From NCBI GenBank assembly GCA_905178155.1, contig CAJINV010000015.1:758955-822954 (forward strand): a DNA stretch of 64,000 nt, in the 5' to 3' direction. The notes beneath the pieces were generated by a model that worked only from the letters and a program-made list of their open reading frames with translations, did not search any database and was not told the origin of the DNA. The position numbers were made by a program, and so were the translations under genes. Positions within the stretch are counted from its first letter, which is position 1; each line of letters opens with the position of its first letter. Shown piece after piece: positions 55,851 through 64,000 of this stretch. This DNA is from Amoebophrya sp. A120. Its lineage: Eukaryota > Protista > Dinoflagellata.

Positions 55851-58526
55851 TCATGGCATCAGTTTCGCAAACTGCTGGCACGCCTGCAGCCACAGCAGCT
55901 GCGATTGCCGTTGCTCTTCGAAAGACGGATTGTCTATCGTATGGAAAACTTGATGGCTTTTTCCAATTTCGTGCCCTCGTACGAAATGAACAACATGAAC
56001 ATGCATACGCGACGAGTAAACGTGGCTTCTAGCTACAACGTCTCCTGGCGTCGAAAATACTGCTAGATGTAGGACATCATGCAAAACGACCCGCTGCCAT
56101 ACAACTACAACCGGACAAGAACACGAACAAATGGACAAAAAGCCGCTCAACAAGTCCAGCCACATACCGTCGTCACCCCAGAATTCCCTTTGGTGGTATT
56201 CCTCCAGCATCGAGCACTCCAGCGCTTTCTCCACCGAAATTTCGTCGTCGACCAACAGTTGCGCGAGAATGAACGATTTCAGATTCTGCACCGCCACTGT
56301 GAGGGCGGTCAGCTTCCAGTGTGACATGCACGTCGACTGCCTGACTGTTGTTGTGTTTTCAAGATAAACATCACCAACTGCAGCTGCATGATCGTCTTTC
56401 ACTACTTCTTCCTTTACACCGAGCAAAAGGCGGTCCCGCATTTGCAAAATCGCTTTCTCATTGACCGCAGTGCTCTCGTCCTCTGCCAGAATATTCAGTG
56501 TGTTCGCGAAGGGCTGGACGTGAACGCCGTATTTCTCGCAAAACTTCTTCCGCATCGGCGTCCACTGTTGTGCCATCTTTTCCGCGAGCTGCCGGTGGTT
56601 GGTGGTGCTGAAAGTTGTTGAAATGGAGGAGCTGGTGGAGCTCTCGTTGCTCGTCATCTGGGTCTGGTCCTCGGCAGAACTACAATCAGAAGTAGAATTT
56701 CCGCCTTCAGCGGAAATTGAGTCCGAAGTAGAAGTTGAATCATCATCCAGAGTGAACAAAATGGTGTCGGATTCGAGATACTTCAGGACGCGGTCCACCT
56801 CCTCTACGAAGGGTGATAATGTGCTGCTAGCACAAGAAGGACTGGAGGCAGCACCAGTTCTACTTGTTACCGCAGTACTAGAAGTTGCCGGCCACGTGGT
56901 ACTTTCGTTTTCGCTTGCAACGACTTGTTCTGTCACGTCGTGGTCGCTCAGTGGCGTTATCTGGTCGATGGCCGTGCACAAGAGCGTGTGAAAAGGCATG
57001 GTGTCGGGCTTGATGCGGACGGCCATCTTGTCGAGCTTTTTTTTCCTCGAGGACGTAGAGGACGCAGACCTGCTTTCAACATCGTCACCTCTTTCGCTTA
57101 CGCTTGGTGAGATACAACTACGAGCTTCCATCTTCATTCCTCGACCAGCATGAGGTAGAGGTTTATTTTGCTCCGCTTCTACTTTATGAGCTTTTTGCAG
57201 ATGATCCCCTTCTACTTTATTTATCCTGAGTAAAAACGTACCCACACCAGAGTCAAGATGGGGAATCGGCTAGACAAATCCACAAGTTTTGACCGTTTTG
57301 CATGACAAATTTGGATTCGTAGTGTAGTGCTGTTTGAGCTAGCTCAGCAGCGTCACAGATCTAGCATACCATGCTGATTGGAGCATGACAAATTGCAAAA
57401 CACGACTAGAGAATGCTTCTCATGGAGCTCCGCATGAGAAACATTTTCAGCATGCAGATTTGCATTACAACTCTGGTGTGGGTACGTTTTTACTCAGGAT
57501 ATTATTATCTTCCACTTTATCCTCCTGTTCCTCGATCTGGCTCAGCCACTCCCGCTGCTATCAAATGTAAAAATGTCTGGGTCTGGAAGATTGCGAGGTT
57601 TGTCATGCTTGTCTGGCATGACCAAAAAGTTTGTGATGCGTGTCCAAGAAGAGGTCCTTTTGCCTGTCATGCAAAAACGCAGTTTGTCATGCGAAAAACG
57701 CAACACAAAGAAGCGCAGATATTTCTCATGCTTGGCTGTGCATTACAGAGCATTCACTATTCCCAGCGCAGCATCACAAGTTTCCAGACCCAGACATTTT
57801 TACATTTGAAAGCTGCACCAGTTTCGCAAGCTCCAGGCTTGGAATCTCCAGGACTTTGTTGTTGGACGTTTTCAGCTCACGGTCCTCCAGGAAAATCTTG
57901 TACACCTTTTTGCTGGACGCAGAACTGGAAGCTGCCGCGGCCGCCGACCCGACTATCGTTACTTTTTCGTAAAACAACTTCCTCAGAATCCCACCTGTTC
58001 CACCCGCGCAGCTGTCGAGAGGACTGCTTGATGCCGAGGTCGTAGCTATTGTTCCTTTCAGCTGCTTCTCGGTCAGCTTCGGGGTAGGGACGCCAGAGGA
58101 AAACTTCGGGTGCTGGTGATGTCTCGGTTCTACTTGCGTCTGTTTGTCCAAATCGACACGTCGTTGACCAACATCGTGTCCTCGATCCGCATCGTCAGGC
58201 GGCGCAAACGCCGGTGGAAAGAGCGAAGGTGAGGAGGCGGGAGCAGCAGGCGTTGCTGATGAGGTGGAGAAGAGAGATTGTTCGCTCTCTTTGTTGTACC
58301 TACCATGAAGATGATCATGCCCGGTCGACGAGTTCTTTGTACTAGAAGTCGCGTTGTTCGCAGCTGTGAATGCCCGGACGGAGCAGAGTACGGTCTTCAC
58401 CCTGGTCGTTAAATCATGAACAGAACCTCCACGCGCGGCCGAAGTAGTTGTCGTGGTGCAAGAACGCACGAGGCGAGTTGGTCGTTCCCGCGACAAGTAA
58501 CGAAATGTTCTCGAGAAGTGAGTCAT
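55851..58526 (-). CDS. ATP12: ATP12 / ATPAF2 mitochondrial F1-ATPase assembly chaperone
   Basis: FYEKV...LEDRELKT...LEIPSLELAKLVQREW..Q, IKPDTMPF..L..TAID, YLESDT, KSFILA...LEEYHQREFWG. The N-terminus is Arg/Ser/Thr-rich like a presequence. The structure of the last exon is uncertain. Confidence 0.85.
57222..57501. mobile_element. Introner family E (ATP12 intron; inverted relative to the 6562 copy)
   Basis: Perfect family E TIR; DR ttatt. Confidence 0.92.
57559..57811. mobile_element. Introner family B (ATP12 intron; right end AAA)
   Basis: Family B TIR; DR gctgc; removal gives LVQREW. Confidence 0.9.
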
Positions 58527-60130
58527 TTTTAGCACGAGGACTTCAAGTAGTACTTCTAGTAGTCCTGTTGTACTATGATGCGCTCGGGGTAGTTCTTGAA
58601 TCGGACCCTACATCCGATTTGTCATCGCAGATCAAAATAGATGAAAAGAACGATACCGATAAGTTCTGTCGTTCATCCAAGATCTCCAACTAGAAGTGGG
58701 TCTAGGTGTAGCAGCTACGACCGAGTTATGGATCTTGATCGTGAGAAGATCACCAGAAGCAAGCGCATAGTACCCAACAGGAGAACCACGGGAACCACGA
58801 AATAGCTGCAACCTCCTGTGCTCATTGAGATTGATAATGGCTGTCGCTTTGTTTTGTTGTTATTTTGTGGACGTAACTACAAGCGTAACCCTGTCATAAT
58901 TCCCGAACCCGAAGAACAACGGGAGCATTGCTGAACACCAAAACGCGAATTGAAGCGCGCTCACGTAACAAGTAGCACGCCACTTGTTCATCGTCATAAT
59001 CTTCCATTTCGTCGTGGTGCTGGTGGTGAGGATCCACTGGTATTCTTTGATGGAGCTCGACGCGTGTTTGAGACAGCATAGGCATGATTTCTTCTGTGAG
59101 GATTCTTGCAACGGGAAAGAAAAGAGAATCGCAACGGGGTGGTCGTGGTGGTGGTAACGGTGGATAGTGAGTCAGTGGAAGGAATTAAAAAGTAGCTGCA
59201 GTAAGCAGGTAGCGAAAACCTTCTACAAGAGGACAACCAACTGCTCGAGCGACTGCGAAGATGCTACTTCAACGATCCGACAAGCGAGGCGTTAAAGCAA
59301 AAAAATGAAAATTAACATCCATCGCGATCGCCCGTCAAATTTTGTATTTTTTTACATCAAAAAAGTAGCGCAACCACTCAAAATTCTTGCTAGTTTCAAA
59401 TTCGACAAAACCTACAAATGACAGAAAAAAAAGCACGGTAGTGAAAAGTGTATTCCATCTTGGGTAGAATCAGTCGGTGGGTAGGCAACTTGTCAACACA
59501 AGGCGAGGGATTAGGGCAAAAAAATGACGGGAAATAATAGCGTAGGAGCTCTTCTAGGTGGAAGGTAATACGCAATGGTGCCGCGATCACTGCAGCTGCA
59601 AAGCGTAAACTCTACTTTGCCGCCGTCGTGTTCTACTCCGCAGCACTTCTTCCACATCGTAAACAGGACGCAATGCATCTGCAACAAAAGAGAAAGGGAA
59701 TCTATTACCATATCAGCGTGGCATCAACAACGAAAAAATTGTATTAAATTATAATCACAGTTCGTGAAGATAAGGCTTGTATCTGCTTTGTGAATCTTTC
59801 TGAGCTGAGGAAAGGAAACCGAGCTCCTCCTTCTTAATTTTGTCAGCGGATGAAAAAAAGTTGTGACCTGCTAAATTAGGTCGTTGATTGAGCATGATAC
59901 AAGAGTAGGCCGGTTGAACGGTTCAATTGAATTCTATTCTTTTTCTTTATTCGAAGCAAGCGTGTTGAAAAAGCAATGGCAGTTAGTTCGGGTCCTTCGA
60001 CCAAAAGTTTCAAAAATTCAAATTAATATCGCAAGCACGATTGGCCAGTGCTCGCTGCGCAAGTACTTACAAGATAACGCCGAGTCGTTTGTTCCAGGAA
60101 CCTCTTAAAAAAAGAGGACGTTCTTCCCCC

Positions 60131-63100
60131 CTACAGTTTCGATTTCAGCGCGAACGCGGCTCCCGGCTGGACCGTGGAAGTGGACCCAGCAGTTGTCCCC
60201 GGTTGCAGTTTGTCATGCGAGTGTTCCATAAACTGGCTCATCGGCTCGAGGTGAAACGTATGCATTCGCAAAAGTATCGTACTAGTATAAATTGCATCAC
60301 AAACTTTTTCAAGAAGAAAAATGCATTTTGTAATGCTGTTTTACCGTAGGAGGAAGATTTGTCATGTATGTTTGCAACGAGTAGGTACGAGTACGATACT
60401 TTTGCACAGGATAAAACGCCTCTGCATCGTCCAGCAGCACTGCGAACAGATCGCCAGAAAGGATGCTGTTGTAGATCAAATCGCACTCCGGCACGAGGTA
60501 CCGGTCGTTCTTCATTTCCGGAAACAATTTCGTGACGTAGTCAAACACCTTCTGCACGTTTTTCGGCAGGAACTGGTGTTGCTGATTGATTTTTCCTGGA
60601 ATCGACGATGACGTAACTACCGTGCTGTGGCTGTCCCCTTCCTTCTTCTTCAGAATGTACAGTGCCTGCGTGGCCGCCATGATTTCGATGGCCAGGCACC
60701 GCGCGACATTCTTGGTCACGGTCACCGCTTTCCGCGCCGACATGCCGCCCATGGAAACGTGGTCCTCCTTGTCACCACACGTCGACAAGGAATCGACAGA
60801 CGACGGGTGGCACAAAACCTTGTTCTCGGAAACCAGAGCGGCCGAAACGTTTTCCCAGGTCATGAACCCGGACGAGAGACCCGCGGACGTGGAGAGGATA
60901 TGAATTGCAAAACCAAAAGTATCGCACTCGTATAAATGCATTACAAATTTCCTCAGCATGAGAAATAAAATTTGTAATGCTGAATAACCTTAAGGAGAAG
61001 ATTTGCAATGCAGGATTGCAATACGAGTACGATACTTTTGCACAGGATAGAGGAAGGTGGGCAACATGTCGTAGTTTTTGTGCGGATTCAGCAACCGCAT
61101 CAGCCGGGAGTACGAAATCGACGCGAGTTCGTGCACGTAAATTGAGAGACAGTCCAGCGACTTGGCCGGGTATTCTGCGTGGAAGTTTCCGCCGGACAGC
61201 ATGCGCTTGGTGTCCCCGAAGATCAGCGGGTTGTCGGTCGCGGAATTGATTTCGATCTCGAATTCGTCCTTGCACCGCACCACCGCTTCCAGGACGCAGC
61301 CGTGCACCTGGGGCAAACAGCGGAGGGAATACGGGTCCTGGCAGTCGAATTTCCGACTTTGGATGGATCCCACGGGCACCAAGGCTCGCATGATTTCCGC
61401 AGAGGCAATCTGTCCCGGATGCGGGCGCACGTGGGCGACCTGGGCGTCGTAGGCTTCGGGATGCCCACCGAGCGCAACCAGCGTCATGGCTGCGGCAATG
61501 TGCGAGATGCGGATAAGATGGATCGCGTTCGCAACTGCTTCTGCGCCAACTCCGCAGATGAATTGGGTACCTGTAGTGAAATTTTATTCTGTTCTGAAAC
61601 GACACTTTTATGCAACAGCAAGTAGAAGAAGAAGTACACGGTGTCGATAGCACGACCACATGTTTCAAAGAATAAGAAATAAGAGGCGCTACATGAAATG
61701 AAATATTGTATCCGTGTATCAAAAGTGTATGCACTCCTTACCGTTAATCAACGCTAGCCCATCCTTTGCCTTCAACGTCGCCGGCGTCAATCCGAACTTC
61801 TCGAACAGGCCCCGATCGCAGGGCTTCAACTCGTACACCTGTTTCGTCGAGCTGCTCATGCCACTACCACCACCTACTCGGGAGCAGGACGACGTTGGCA
61901 CGAAGCACTGTCCCTCGCAGATCACGTTCAGCGCAATGTGCGCTAACGGGACCAAGTCCCCGCTAGCATATTGCAAGGAAAAGGCCCCCCCTCCTCATAT
62001 CGAAAACGTATCTTCTAAAAAGTTGTGATGCAGATTTGTGGCCACAAATCCTGTCTGTCTTGCTAGGAGGAAAATCCGGGCACTCTGCTACGCTATGCAG
62101 GCGATTTGTAATGCTGTAAAGACTCCAGGGCAGCAGGCTGCCATGCTAGGCGCCTACACCAAAAATCCCGTATCTAGGCTTGCGATCTGCGTGCAGTCCT
62201 CTACTGCAAGACAAATCTGATTTGTGTACGGAAATCCAGCATCACAGATTTCCTTTTCGATATGGGGAGGGGTGATTTTTTCTTTTGATATGGCACCGAC
62301 GGTTCCTTGCTCGCGGATGTAGGGGATCAGGCCCGAGTTGAAGAATTCCACCAGTTGCTTAAAAGTTTTCTCCGAAATTCCGCTGCAGCCTTTCAACAAG
62401 GTGTTAATCCGCAGCGCCATCACCCGCTTCGCGGTTTGGTGGTTTAACGGTTTTCCGACCCCGGTCGCGTGACTCCGGATCAGGTTGACTTGCAGCTCCT
62501 GCAGCTTCGCTTCCTCGATGCCCACGTTGGATAACCGTCCAAACCCCGTGTTGATCCCGTAGACCACCTTCTTCGAGTCCAGCTGCGTGTCAATCACCGC
62601 GCGCGACTGCAGCAGGCGGGCAAACGCGGACGTGCAGACCTTGATTTTGGTGTTCGGAAGACCTAGGAGCATCAGTTCGTGCAGTATCCAGGAAAAAGCA
62701 CCAATCCACATCCAATTTGTCATGCGAAACATGTACATGTATGAAGTCCTGTGTTTGTCATGCATGAAATCAATGGGGACGCTTGTTTTATCTTCCTGGA
62801 TAGGCAGCGTCAACGATTCCCCGTCCAGCTGGATTTCGATCTGCTTTGTGTTGTAGTTATTTTCCAGCAAACCACTGCTTGAACCAGACGAAGAGGCCGA
62901 CCCACCTGTCGTGCTTGTTGTAATGCTGACTCGCGAAGACGAGGACCCTGCGTTACTTTGTCCATTCTGGCCGTTGGCAATGATTTCGTGGTCTACGCTG
63001 ACGCTGGTGCGGTTGAACGGCAGATGACTGTCGTCGACCGAAGCCGTCGACGCCAATGCCGCAGCGAACGACGGTGACGGTGCGGTTCCTGCGCAAGTTG

Positions 63101-63161
63101 GGAAAAGCAGCTCCCGACAGCTGGTGGTCGTGGTTTTGCGCAGGGCGTTTGGCTCCACCAT
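60131..63161 (-). CDS. HAL: Histidine ammonia-lyase (MIO-dependent aromatic amino acid lyase family), C-terminal SKL
   Basis: YGINTGFG, LQVNLIRSHATGVG, GTVGASGDLVPLAH, KDGLALINGTQ, QDPYSLRCLPQVHG, NSATDNP, GGNFH, EDHVSMG. The last exon ends ...ALKSKL-TAG. Confidence 0.93.
60259..60413. mobile_element. Introner family A (HAL intron)
   Basis: Family A TIR; DR aaacg. Confidence 0.88.
60899..61049. mobile_element. Introner family A (HAL intron)
   Basis: Family A TIR; DR gagga. Confidence 0.88.
61969..62290. mobile_element. Introner family F inside the HAL Ala-Ser-Gly codons
   Basis: Family F TIR; DR tagca/tggca; removal gives GASGD. Confidence 0.9.
62685..62802. mobile_element. Short introner, singleton family (HAL intron)
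   Basis: TATCCAGGAA...TTCCTGGATA; DR tgcag/ggcag. Confidence 0.8.
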
Positions 63162-63612
63162 TATTTCTTTTTTGCTTGAAAACGTGTAATGCCGTCAAAA
63201 GTTGTAACTCAGATCCTGTGGTCTCAAGAACCTCTACTGAAGGATCGCGATTTTCAAAAAGGGAAAAATAAAAAAAAAGAATAGTTTTGTGATAGATGTA
63301 GCAGGACCTACTGTGTCGATTTATGGGACTACCACCACGTCGACCATGTAAGCTGTTCTCGAGTGCAGCTGGGGTCGCAGTATCCTTTGAGGTACAGCAG
63401 AAATGTTATCTGTAGCAAGAGTAGAAGTTCAAGGAAGAACCGTAATTTGTTCATCAGCGATGAATCTTCTACTTAAAGTACGAAACTATAACTAGTATTC
63501 TATACGGGATCGACTTAATCGATACTGGAGTAGTAAAAGTCAACTGAGATGACTCATCAAAGTTGCTGACAATGAAAGAATGGTATCTCACCCAAAATTT
63601 TTTTCTTTATTT

Positions 63613-64000
63613 ACAGTCGCCGCGCATAAAATATTTGATTTTTTCTAGTGTCGGTAGAAAAAATCAAAAATATGTAGAGAAAATCATAACGAGAAGAAAA
63701 GAGAAAAAAGAAGAGAAAGGATACAAAGAGAAAATCAAACGAGAAAACACAAAGACGACGATTTTTCTCACAAGAAGCACACGCCTCGTTTTGATTTTTT
63801 CTACAGCTGTAGAAAAAATCAAAACGAGGCGCGTGCTTCTTGTGAGAAAAATCGTCGTCTTTGTGTTTTCTCGTTTGATTTTCTCTTTGTATCCTTTCTC
63901 TTCTTTTTTCTCTTTTCTTCTCGTTATGATTTTCTCTACATATTTTTGATTTTTTCTACCGACACTAGAAAAAATCAAATATTTTATGCGAGGCGACTGT
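63613..64000. repeat. Spacer-less near-perfect palindrome (>=388 bp, may continue past the window)
   Basis: Axis at 63806/63807 (ctacag|ctgtag). The arms are reverse-complementary with about 2 mismatches seen; both strands translate to the same peptide. Confidence 0.95.

Noticed and set aside
5228-57972. Recurrent peptides in the ORF track ([32 protein letters not shown]) suggesting a repeat-protein family
   Set aside because: They are translations of introner TIRs and occur in any frame and on either strand.
63563-63978. Two overlapping ORFs encoding the same peptide
   Set aside because: A by-product of the palindrome; there is no coding evidence.

Overview
Eukaryotic, intron-rich protist DNA. 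The intron architecture matches the syndinian dinoflagellate parasite Amoebophrya (A120-like); this assignment is inferred from intron style, not from a search. All supported genes are on the minus strand: a partial secreted-type ORF, SPT5, a kinesin-9 (KIF6-like), an MgtE-type Mg2+ transporter, a ~4,600-aa low-complexity protein with two Zn knuckles, a cytochrome-b5-domain protein, a small membrane protein, Rab1, ATP12 and histidine ammonia-lyase ending in SKL. The dominant signal is 57 non-canonical intron-forming elements (introners). They have TAT...ATA terminal inverted repeats, a 5-bp flanking direct repeat, at least 8 sequence families and a shared internal TGTNATGC motif. At every junction I translated, removing an element plus one direct-repeat copy restored the frame. 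Nested inside introners are two copies of a non-autonomous Helitron-like element and a 596-bp insert with a 20-bp duplication. One introner is a 1.6-kb long-TIR element with its own repeat motif. The window ends inside a spacer-less palindrome of at least 388 bp. Coordinates were read by hand and may be off by 1-2 nt.
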